DNA of 64,000 bases, from positions 4,020,335-4,084,334 of the forward strand of contig NW_002060947.1 of assembly GCF_000150275.1 (NCBI RefSeq). Direction: 5' to 3'. This stretch comes from Trichoplax adhaerens (Eukaryota > Animalia > Placozoa). The position numbers and the translations under genes were made by a program. The notes beneath the pieces were generated by a model. That model was not told the DNA's origin, did no database searches, and saw only the letters and a list, made by a program, of their open reading frames with translations. Positions within the stretch are counted from its first letter, which is position 1. Every line of letters begins with the position of its first letter. Shown piece by piece: positions 51,962 to 64,000 of this stretch.

Positions 51962-54798
51962 CTACTGTAAAACTAGAGTGCAGAACCGCCGATATCCGCT
52001 TGTTGGAATAAGGCACAGCCGTAAATGCTGTAACAATACAAAAAATTCATTATATTGCCTACCTTCAGAATAGTGATCACTTACGAACGCTCTTCTTACG
52101 ATATCTATGATATTCTGGAGATGAACTTAAATCCCTATGATGGCGACTGCTTTTATACTTATCACTATAAGATGTTCGTCTGCTGTCAGGAGACCTACTA
52201 CGCCGTCTTCGGGGTGAATAACTGCGACTACGACTACGACTTCGACGGCGTGATCGATGATGAGTGTGATAATCTCTTTTGGAATAATCTTCTTGGTTAG
52301 ATTTATCATTACTAGATCGACGACTGCGAGGTTTAGAATCGCTTTCACGCCCAGGAGCTTCACCTATAACGATATAATTGAATTTCTAAAAATTCCCTTA
52401 TTTCGAATTCTCTAATTGGTAATCCCTAACGAACCCTCTACAGCTATAGCTTCTACTGGCGCAGTAAAGTAATCATAGAATAGGATAATTTGTGATTTAT
52501 CGTATAACCTTTTGGCTATGAACTAAAGTTGAATTTTATAATACCTTCACGAACGAAACTAGCATTAACATCGTTAGCATTATCTTCTGATTTGGGCGTT
52601 GTAGACGATTTGATTCTAGTCTTTGCAGAATTATCGTCATCTTCATCACTGTCTTGATCATAAGCTCCTAGGTATGTAATATTTTCACGCTACAGTTAGT
52701 ACTACTGGCACAGTCAATTTTTAATGTAGTAGTAAAAATTTACCTAATCCTTCAAGCGCTGCTAAAGCACTAGAACTAGCCAGCACTGTCGCTGTAGCTA
52801 AGTTGAAACAGCAAATGAGCAAATTTTAGTCCAAAAATATGACTGAAATTAATATACCACAACTGAAAGTAAGGACACTCGCTTACCAGATTTCGTAATT
52901 TGTAAATTTTCATTAGCAATACTCTGAATCATTTCGTCGGTAACTTCTAAGAGAACTTCCGTTAAAATTTTTCTAACATGAACCAACTGTTTAAATTTTA
53001 GAAAGAGTATTTATTTTGTTAATGAAAGTGGTAATAATATCTTAAAGGCAAAGAATCTTTACGACAATGTTTGAGGAATAAAATAATTGCTTTGCACTTA
53101 TATATCATACCAAATTTTGTTCTGATTGTAAGCAATGTTCTTTTACTATATTCGCACTTGATAATGCTTCTGTCTTTTCATCAGTATTGTATGCTTCGCT
53201 ATCACTATGTGCGCTCTAACGAGAAAAGCAATTATACCAAAAACAATGGTATATCAATTGTAAAGAACAAAACCAACTTGCAGTGCAAATTATACACGTT
53301 AATGGATTATTCCAATCATACTTCAGCTTCTTGAATTGGTGAAGGTGAATTCATAGGTGATGCCTCAAAAGCATACCCAGAATAATTTAAAGATGTAGAT
53401 AATTTATCTGATTTGTTAAAACTAGCATTTAAATTTTCCTGTTGAGACTTTTTCTGCTTATCTTTCTCTAATTTTTCTAGACTTTGTCGGAGCCACAACG
53501 GTAATGTTTTTTTCTTATTATTCTCCGCTAAGAAAAAAGAGCAATATTTTCCAGTTATTTCTCATTACATTGTTAATACTTTTGAAAAATTTTAAGTTTA
53601 GTGGTATAGCAATAATTAATTCAAGCGAATACCAAGAAGTTGATATTATCATAAACGACGAGTGAGCACAGTCAATCCGTAATAGTATTAATATAAAATT
53701 ATCAACCGATCCATTCTTACAGTGTATGATTATGGTCAAGATAATTTATGCGATACCGTGATGATGTGTCTTATAATATAATACCTGCAGAAGCGGATAA
53801 ATGGCTAGCGTCGGGTTGTAAACCTACGGGTGCTGTTAATTCATTATACTGGTCGTAGCCGTAACCTATAGGGGCATGAGGATTAGGTAAGCTATCAGCG
53901 GCATTTGGAGCTCCCCCATATAGATCTTGTTCAGGATAATGATTATAATATGGCGCTTGGTCTACAGTCATACCATCCGGACCCACTGGTATTACAGGAG
54001 CATGTTGCATATGTTGTGATGACTCATTATCATATAATATTTCATTTCCAGACATTGCACTATAGTTATAATGATCCACGTTAGATTGTTGTAACCGATC
54101 TTGCTCAAAATTTGCATCATGAGGATAAAAATGGGAAGGATGTCTTCCGTCAAAACCCATCTCACCACCATGTGCAAATTGTCCGCTCAGATCATTGTTC
54201 CTATGGGATACAGATTCTTTATGTTTAATCCACTCAGCCGCTTTTTGCGCCCAGATTGCAGGATCTATTCATTTTATATGTGTATATTGACATATATAAG
54301 TATATGTTTAGCATTTATAATAATAGTATACAATTGATACTCTAAAAAAATGAAATTCTTTCGAAATTCTTATCAGTATTATTGATTTATTGTATGCTCG
54401 TATTAATAACCATTACAAGCTGAAGCTCAGTAAGACTCTAGCCAAATCATAAAAAGTATCACGAAGACTTTTACTCTAAGCTCTGATAATAATGATAATC
54501 ACAGCGATTGTACCAATACTGTATACTCGTATTTTTTAACCGATGAATAAAGACACAATTTATGATGCGGGAAGCAACAGAGAGCAATCATGATACGGCG
54601 ATAGAAAAATCTATCATTTCATCCATGGTTAAATCTACTGTAATTTATGTATTAAAATCTCATACCGTTATTCGCTGGATTTTGCTCTCCATAGTAATTT
54701 CCATAGTATCGTTGCTGCTGGTAATATTCCTGTTGCTGTTGCCATTGATTAGAATTATCATTTGGATTAGGCATTCCCCTTCCCTCTTGATGCCACAT
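51962..54798 (-). CDS. PNISR: PNN-interacting serine/arginine-rich protein (SFRS18)
   Basis: The start is MWHQEG. Conserved blocks are WAQKAAEWI, KKTLPLWLRQSLEKLEKDKQKK, KILTEVLLEVTDEMI and LASSSALAALEGL, followed by an RS-dipeptide tail at about 52090-52360. The 3' end is uncertain: either read-through to TAG at 51962 or splicing at the donor near 52084. The ATG follows a likely acceptor, implying an upstream non-coding exon. Confidence 0.85.
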
Positions 54799-57774
54799 CT
54801 TCTATTTTTAATTTTTTTACACTAACTTTTACGTTTATGAACGTGTTTTTTATTAAAGCTATCGCCTTGAGCTTTGACGCAAACGAGGAAAAGTGTATAA
54901 TAATAAATATGATCAATTAATAATGAATCAATACTGACAAAACTACCATACAATTTAATCAAACTCTTGCCTATCCTATCTGCTGTACAGTACTAAAATA
55001 AGCGTAATATCACTCAGGTACAGCATATTTCGATGTATTAACTATCGATAACTTATTCTAATAATAATGGATTAGATTAGATTTAAGTATTAATATTAAC
55101 GAGATCTCATGATCTCTTAAGAATACAGTATACTTATTTTGCTGTAATGTATTCGTATAAATCTCCATTTTCTAATTTTAAAGCTATCTCATGCTACAAA
55201 TAGATATATAAATTTTTAGTTTTAAATAGTACGAAAGGTGTTCTACACGTATGATAGTAAAGAATGACTAATTAGTATCTTCCTTTGGTCAAATGGATAA
55301 AAGTAATTAACGCAGAATGGAAGTCTACGCAACTAGCTGTCATTACCAACTTCAATTATTTCGGGTTATGCTACTGTATAGGTATATACGATATTTCAAT
55401 AAAGAATATCTGCTAATACTACAAAAGAAATAGGATTTTACTTTTACTACCACTACGTTACTAAAACCAAATAACTACAGCTGCAATTACTAATTACGTT
55501 TCTATGCAGTATACAGTCCAGTACGATGGCTATCTATACGCATATTGATACATTCACTGTAAGTGCTTGATTTCGCTTTAATCAAATTAAGTAATTGCTA
55601 TGATTTAAAAGACATCGTAGTTACACACTATGCATTACAGAATGAAACGTTGCCTAGCTGTAGAATCATGTCTTAAGCTATTAATTAATTAGAGTATATT
55701 ATTAATTTGATAGTGAAAGCTAGCAAAATTTTCTTTTAGCTATAGTTATTGTAAAATTCAACATACTGCAATCGTATTGGTTATGGTATAGAATAAACAT
55801 GTAGAGCAAATTGGTTAATGATATAATACGAGTACGTTGACCAAAAAATGATAGCATCCGACAATATTTTGATAACATACCTTTTTCAAAGTTAATAGAG
55901 TAAAATAGCTGAACGAATGAAAAGCAATGTAAGTTTTGTTTTTTTTTAATGTAGATTCCTTTAAAGGGAACAGTTAAAGAGTCAGGTAAAATTCATTTAG
56001 CACAACATCACAAGTATGCATACGTAATAGCAATTAATGAAAAATAAAATACGTGAACGACTATTATCCAGATCGAATCAGTATTTCAATAGAAGATTTT
56101 AAGTAAAGTATTCTACATACAGTTAGGCCAATAGTGGATGCTTTTCGTAGTTTAAAGTTGTGCTAGTAGTATTGGCGTAGTGGTAACTTTCTATCTATGT
56201 TTATTTCATCATTATACATTCGACTGTGAAATTATTTTCTAAGTCATCTACTGCAAGTCCGAGTGCTGCATTTGAACAGAGTACTGGAAGCATTTTTTAA
56301 AGTAAAAGAAATTGTATTACCGTGTCGTACAAGCAATGGTGGTATACTGTGTTAACGGTGTAGACTACTTAATTGAATCGATCTTTCAAAGCCGAGCATG
56401 GAGTAGTCTATGTAGAATGAAGTAAATATCAAGTAGCAGGTACAAACTACGTGTGGAAAATGCAGCCTCACTACCAAACACTTGGCGAAAAAACGTCTGC
56501 TGCTATGAAATGGACGACTCGTCCATGACTACAGTACTAGGATTTCTAATTTTTAAAACACCTTACATAAGCTGTCATGAACAAGTAGGCGATTAAGCCT
56601 TTAACACTAGCGAAAACTTGCATTTATCTACTGCTAAGCCAAGTGTAGTACTACTGTAATTGAGCATCCATTTTATTGTAGAACGATGTATTCTTAGGAA
56701 GGCAATGTCTTATTGCTACATGTTGTCTCGCCTGGCTGACTACAGTAACGTTGCTCGGCAAACTGGTGTAAGGTTAGAGTAACGCTATGAAATGGTTCAA
56801 TATTGTGGCTGAAGAGTACATAGCATCCAAACCTATCAAACTATTATTCAAGTAGAACGAGCTAATAGAAAAATTAACTTTTATACTAGTTTGTAGAGAC
56901 TATCAAGCGAGAAAATAACTAGGTTGCAATGAAATCAGCAAAAAATCTTTTTCATCATTCACAGGCGTATGTTTGCAATGCTAGACAGTCGTGACACAAG
57001 TGTTGTTACTCACTGAAACAGCATTTGATCCAAACGCTACAAATTCACTGTCAAATTTTCTCGAATTGAATGACTTGTATGATTGATCAATCCAAAGTGG
57101 AGCATCTTCAGATAAAGTACAAGATTTTTTTGTCACTTTTTAGTCCAATGGTGAAAATTTTGATGGGTGGAAAATACTGCCCAATCGATCCGCTCATGTA
57201 CCCTTGTACAGTACTGTAGGTCAATGGCCACTAACGATCATAGTACAGAATAAAGGCAGTGTGTTTAAAAAAGCTTGATTACTCTTGGATGAAACGATAT
57301 TGAATGACAGCTTTCGATCTTGAAGACCAAGTCTTGCAAGGAATAAGAGGAAAATCAATCAATTTCAATGAATTCTTGTTGCAAATAGGCAAAAGGATGA
57401 AGGAATTTTTGCCCTTGCAGCAGCTCGTCTAAGACGTCCTGGTGTAGTGAAGTAACTGAGTCTGCAGTACAGTACTGTCCTTTGATGGACGTCCACTGGA
57501 CTCGGACGCTCGGACATCATTTTAGCCATGAATGTTGCCGCTATCGTTGTACAGTATGGACAGTATGGACAGTATGAGTATTTGGATATTTGCTTCTTAA
57601 AAGTCCATTTACTCTACAGCAAATGGACAATTGTATATACAGTATACACTGTAAAGTCTATGGGATGCTTTTGAATTCGTAATATAGACACAAAAGATCC
57701 ATACGAAGCCTCGATTGTGTTTTCTTCTTAACGCTATGGCCTCTACAGTGTATTTTTGCGACATTTTCCACCAT

Positions 57775-58950
57775 CTTGGTTTGGAGAAAAGTCTGTGCGT
57801 CCGTCCGACCGAGGTGTAAAGTACTGAGTACTGTACTGAATCAGCTACCATGTACAGTACAGTACAGTACAGTACTCGAAGAAGACTTGGACGGACAGAC
57901 CTTTTCGACCTCGTCTCGTCAAAATATTGTTTCAAACACTTGGTTGGTTTGGAGAAAAGTCTGCGCGTCCGTCCGACTGAGGTGTAAAGTACTGAGTACT
58001 GTACTGAATCCAGCTACCATGTACAGTACTGTACTGTACTGTAGTACTGTGGACGTTAGCCAGTTTGAACGAACGTACGAACGTCCAATTTGAACGTCGG
58101 ACGTTCATTGAACGTACCAACGTACACAGTGTACAGTGTTAACACTACAGTATATACTGTACATAGTGTACACTGTACAGTACGGTATAAGACTATACTA
58201 TACACTGTACAGTACTGTACATACAGTAGTACTGTACGTAACAGCGTACAGTATACTGTAGTCATGACTAGTACTGTGGACGTTAGCCAGTTTTAATGAA
58301 CGAACGTACAGTACACACAGTACGAACGTCCAATTTGAACGTCGGACGTTCATTGAACGTACAGTACCAACGTACACAGTGTACAGTGTTAACACTACAG
58401 TATATACATAGTGTACTGTACACTGTACTGAAAGTGTTTGTAAAAGACGTTTGTACTACTGTACTGTATGTACTGTACTGTATACAGTAGTATTGGGGTG
58501 GGATTATACAAACTGACTGTACAGTATACACAGTACAGTACTGTACACTATACACTGTACAGTACAGTTCGTCGACGTCCGATCTGACAACGAACGTACA
58601 TACCGAACGTCCAAAATCGAACGTCCGTTGGACGTCCAATCGCTCGACGTCTACAGCACTACTGTTCTCAGTGTACTGTACTCGAAGAAGACTTGGACTG
58701 ATTACTCTTGGACGGACAGACCTTTCCGACCTCGTCTCGTCAAAATATTGTTTTCGAACACTTGGTTGGTTTGGAGAAAGGTCTGTGCGTCCGTCCGACT
58801 GAGGTGTAAAGTACTGAGTACTGTACTAAATCAGCTACCATGTACTGTACTGTACACTCAGTGTACAGTATAGTACTCGAAGAAGACCTTGGACGGACAG
58901 ACGTTGTCGACCTCGTCTCATCAAAATATTGTTTCAAACACTTGGTTAGG
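57775..58950. repeat. Compound array: unit A (GAAGAAGACTTGGACGGACAGACC..CAGCTACCATG) and unit B (GGACGTTAGCCAG..TTAACACTACAG) in a (GTAC-A/T)n matrix
   Basis: Unit A occurs at about 57775-57875 (partial), 57877-58025, 58682-58845 and 58877-58946 (truncated). Unit B occurs at about 58044-58157 and 58271-58407. Confidence 0.92.
57889..57974. mobile_element. Possible MITE-like short inverted-repeat element (second copy 58710-58796)
   Basis: The left arm GGACGGACAGACCTTT(T/C)C pairs imperfectly with the right arm GAAA(A/G)GTCTG(C/T)GCGTCCGTCC. No target-site duplication or transposase is visible. Confidence 0.35.
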
Positions 58951-59365
58951 ACACTACTTTAGTATGAAAAAGGTCCATTTTATTGTCGCTGATTTTTTTC
59001 TAATTGAAGTAAGATTACGTTGAATCTTGGATTAGTCGTTACTCAAGTTCTACTTGGACATTTAAATTCGTTCCAGCAATTTTACAGAATAGACACCGAA
59101 AGATCCATACTAAATAGCTATTCTTCCATATTGACGTCCTCATTTGGTAAAGAAGAAAAGTCCGTCTGTCTGAGGGGTTCGTCAGTCCAGCTGTCCAGGT
59201 CTTCTTCGAGCTGTCCATAACAGTCACAGTACGATAGTGTATCGGTAGTTCTCGACTGTATAGTACTGCCATATATTGCATAACGAGGTACTTCAGCACT
59301 TACCATACAGTAGAATGCGATAGCGCCAATCTGGAATTTTCCCTTTCCAAGTCCATCAGGTAAAC

Positions 59366-62300
59366 ATGGCTTTCGCTGAGGTCCATTCGCGTGTCAAGAA
59401 AAGGTACAACTTGCAGGATAACTTCCAATCTTTGCAAGGCCATGAAAATCTACTTATTCAATATACTGAAAAGAAAATATCCAAATTGCGCTGGAGACCG
59501 GATCCCAAGGGCCATAGCAGCCACGAGAATATCTTTGCGACTGGTACATGGGACGAATTGGTAAATCATCTAGCTCTCGGTCCTAAATTGAATTGGCTGT
59601 CAAATCAATTCTACCTCAATGACTCCTTGCGGTAGCAATACTGTAGTCCTATATGAATAGAGTTGTTCTTTATAGCATACTGTATAGTGTAGATTGTGAG
59701 TATTCTTAATGGTGTAAAATAGAGTAGGCATACTCGTTTCTCAACAACGCTAGGCTGCTACTCTAAGCAACAGCAGTCGGTATGGATGATAATAGTTAGA
59801 ATTAGTTACTTGTGCGCGCGTAATAATTGTAATTAGCCAACTGTTAATTCGGTTCTGGCTTTAGCCATCATCCTGCGTAAAATACAAACTGCACAAATGC
59901 TCAATCCCATACTTAACATTTCAACACCATAGAGGAAATCACAACGATGATCCTAGTCTGCAATGACTTACTTACAGTAATAGCAATTTCAGACTGATAC
60001 AAGTAATACAGAATATTGCATATGACTCAACAGCCTTACGCATAGCTGAGGCAATCTACCTGTACTATACACCAGAGGTATTCTCCACTTTACTGAATGA
60101 AATGATCTTTAATCTCCTATCTTTGGATGGTATTTTATTGTAGCATAACGTCGTCAATATATGGAACTATGAGAAAGGCAGAACTTTCCGGGAAGATACA
60201 CACCAAGAATCTGCGCTGAATGAACCTCAACTTATCACCTCGATGCATCATCAAGGCGAAGTAACTGAATTAAAGGTCATTGATTGATTTTATTCTTGCA
60301 AAGACTTTGCTGCATACTTCACGAGTACTGTAGTACATTACGCATGATGTAAAATAATCCTTGTCTTGCTAGATTATCTATAGACCTCAATTGTATAACA
60401 CTATTCCGAAGGCTTGTCAATACTTATACGTAGATTTCGATTAATGCTTACACTATACAATGTGCTGTACTCAAATAATACCAATCTCAAAATAGACCAA
60501 ATTCTGTAGCAGACTGTCATGTCTTCCCAACGGCTATATGTACATTCATCTCTTGCCTACCTACGCACTACCTGAACTACTGTAATCTTTAATGTAATCA
60601 CAGTAAAATACTTTGAATAGCTTCTGCATGAAAATTCTAATTCTTAGTAACATCTGAAAAGCTAGACTAAATGAATACCAATTTGTACACTAGTATAAAC
60701 GTGATATTGTGTATGTCTAGGATACAGTAACTGAAGATGATAGCTACCAGTTTTAATGACGTCGCCTCCTAATTGAGAAGCTAGCATTTTCATTTTTTAC
60801 TTTCGGTTCCTGGTGACAACCAGCTGTTTTAGTAGTGTGCGGATAATGTGTGTAGGCCATTGTATCAAGAACAATCACTAATATTAAGTCTGCTTCCTTG
60901 TTTTATTTACCAACAGTTCATCGATGATGAAAAATTAATGACGTCCTCATCAAATGGCTCATTAGAATTGATTCAATTTTCACGGCCTCGACAGGTAAGC
61001 AACTCTCGCTCTTTCATTTCTTTTTATGCTAATACGTAGAACATATCAGCTAATTAGTAAACAGTTCTTCCAAATTTTGATACTCATAATACTATATTAT
61101 GTATATTTAAATATGCAGTATGCACAATTTAATGTATAGATCTCGTAGAAGCATCATCCACTATAGCAGTTAGTACTAAATTCTTATTGCCTACAATTCT
61201 TCATTATTTTTACTAACTGACTAAGGGATTATGTCGTATAATAGCTAAAAGAAGCTTTGGAGTAAATCGATAGACCTTATTCACTACTATTCTCCTTTTG
61301 CTAGGAATTGCAATCTATTTCTAAATGGAAAAATATCCATCATTTCTCATCCAATTCCTGTCCCTGCACTGGTTTTTCTGTCAACTTACCAAATATAATA
61401 ACCGTTGGTGAAGATAGTAGAATCAATATCTTAAAAATTGATGTACAAGCTCCAATTGCTACAATAGGTACAATCACAACCACATCACCTGTCACTTAGA
61501 TAGTATAGCATATTACTCTACCAAGTACTGTATTGCATTGTATTTACAGTGTATAGGGGATACTGTCGGCGAAGTTAGGTGTTCTTGGCTAGTCACAATA
61601 CATCATAATACATTTAATGTAAAAGTTAATGCGTTAGAAATTGAATACCTCTAGTTGTTGATTTATCATTACCAAAATGCCGCACTGTATGTATGATACT
61701 TCCAAAAGGCTCACTTATATCCTGAAATACTGATTTTTTGTATAGAAGACAACATAAGCAGCTGTTCCATCAATGCTGTAACATGCGAAGGAATATCAGA
61801 ATTTATTACTGTAGACTCTATGGGTCGTCTAAAGGTTTGGGATTTACGGCAGCCCTATGATAAACCCGCCAAAGTTATGGTTTTGTAAGTCAAAGTATAC
61901 TCTATAAAAATATCTTGCTTATTGATAGATAACAATATCGATGGTATTTATGTTGAAGGCTACTAAAATCGGTTTATTTGTAATTGCTCTAACTAAAGTT
62001 ATCGATATAAATTTACTTTATTACAGATCTGGAGAACAGACCTGCTTACAATGTATCGATCAACACCCTAATCAACCCCACGTTGCTATAACTGGTAGTC
62101 ATGATGGTTCTATCATTATTTGGGATCTTCGCCAAGATAAATACCCAACAGTTGTTCTAAAAGCCCATATGAGTACAGGTATAGAGTAAAAAATATTCAG
62201 TTCTTTAATCGAATTTATGTGTTATAGTTTTTAAATTGCAATGTTAATATAATAATTTATGTTACACTTTAGTTTGGGAAGTCAGATTCCATCGTCACTT

Positions 62301-62592
62301 CCCAAATAACTTATTTACTTGCTCTGATGATGGCTCAATTTGGCACTGGGATGGATCTTTGATTACTTCTACTAATTTACCAACATCTATCCGTAACTTT
62401 TCCGATATTGAACCTGCCAATGCTACAAATCCTTGGTTGATCAGTGATGTTATAAGAAACAAAATAAGAATTACCAGTGTTGCTCCTCACAATAAATTGC
62501 CTATTAATAGCTGTGACATCATAAATCAGGACTTGATATGTGGGACCGATGGCGAAGCAATAATAATTGCGCAAGATCTACTACTGAAATAA
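59366..62592 (+). CDS. NUP43: Nucleoporin Nup43 (WD40)
   Basis: Motifs are KKISKLRWRP, FATGTWDE, HQGEVTELK, TVGEDSRIN, GRLKVWDLRQ, HPNQPHVAITGSHDGSIIIWDLRQ, WEVRFH and LICGTDGEAI. The stop is at 62590-62592. Confidence 0.92.
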
Positions 62593-64000
62593 AACAGCCA
62601 GCATCATGACGATTCCTTGAGAAAAATCTGTACAAATTTTTTCAGTAGTATATTACTAATGTGGTCGATATATTCTGCTCATATTATTAATTACCTACGC
62701 CATTCTAAAAATTTATTTGATATTTCTTGAAGTATTTAATGGTAATTATTGTATATTATCAATTCTTGAATTGTATGATCCAAGACTGATGTTGTTTTCC
62801 CTGATAAAGCGGAAGTATTGTTTCATAGCTTAACATAAAACAAATTTGGGACATACGAGTAGATTGCACTATCATGACAATTGTATCACATCTTCAAGTC
62901 AGCACTTCATTTTCGACGTTAATTACTCCATCAATAAAATTTAAGTACATTCATGATAACGTCGAATCTAATATAATACCGCAAAGATATAAAGTCTAAT
63001 ATTCGTACGCTAAATTTCATCATAAGAATACACTTATTCCCTGAGAAATTAGTTGTTGAAGTACGACCTGTACATATTTGCACTGTAGTCTCCAAATGGC
63101 AATTATTTTCTAGAGAGAATGATGTCATTATCATGGGATGGGTGTCGCGAATGGTGGATTGCCAAACAGATATGATCCATCATGGAACAAACGATATTAT
63201 TTAACGACTATCAATATTTTTCACTTTATTGTTTAATGTAGGTCTTGATTTAAATATTTTTGAGCAAAGAATTTTAAATTTAATACTTGAAGAATGTTTA
63301 CCAGTACTTAGTATATTTAGTAAATAAAGCATACATTTACCTTGGTAACGACTATACACACCATTTACATGTGCTTATACGTATGATCGTGAAAATGATA
63401 AATTAAAATTTCAATAGTATTCCAACATATTAATATTAATCTTGACACCTTTTGCTAAATACTTTCAAAATCCAATTATATATCTAAATAAAATCTATTT
63501 CATTAGTACATTTCTTTCTATACTCATGAATATTAAAGCAATAAGGAAAACTTTAACAACCCCTTCAAATAGTTGTTTAACTTTCTTAATAAACAGAAAG
63601 ATATTAATTCCTTTGTGCGCTATGAAAATATTTTTCGATATTAATAATAGCAACTTTTAATAGACACGCTTTCATTTTTCCATTTTAAAAAATAGTAAGG
63701 CTACGTAATCAAATTTATAATGTCTGTGATGTAATAACTACGTAATCATTTTTCTTTACAAGCAGAACGATAAAGAAACTTAGAAGAATTTGGCTCAGGA
63801 ATGCAATTATACAAAAATTGCTATTTCGATAAATATTTAGTTTTCCCATAAATACCGTGACGGTAGATGGCACGGTAAATGTACATATACAAAGCATTAA
63901 GTTAGTTTTATTAGCTTTCCTCCAATAGCATTAGGGTTAAAGTATATAAATGTGAGGGAGAAACGTGATACATTTGATTAATTTTTTTTTTAATTATCTG

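Noticed and set aside
62931-63897. Hydrophobic short ORFs after NUP43 (possible GPCR fragment)
   Set aside because: They are bounded by stops, have no recognisable motif, and are expected in very AT-rich DNA.

Overview
AT-rich, gene-dense eukaryotic (animal) genomic DNA with many short GT-AG introns. The compact architecture and gene set suggest a non-bilaterian such as a placozoan (Trichoplax-like); this is an inference and is unverified. I reconstructed ten protein-coding genes by hand. They alternate strictly in strand, forming five head-to-head pairs: BRWD/PHIP(-) with DHDDS(+), SYAP1(-) with an intronless DEAD-box helicase(+), NOX2-like oxidase(-) with RARS2(+), MRPS9(-) with ABCB7(+), and PNISR(-) with NUP43(+). 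The most unusual signal is non-coding. Three of the divergent intergenic regions carry different, locus-specific tandem arrays embedded in a shared palindromic (GTAC-A/T)n matrix. Comparing sister copies shows insertions and a clean micro-inversion bounded by GTAC, which suggests a promoter-associated, GTAC-seeded repeat system. A GGAYGGACAGAC-like motif and a MITE-like hairpin also recur at gene 5' ends. I found no rRNA, tRNA, true CRISPR array or transposase. CDS coordinates span first to last codon, including introns.
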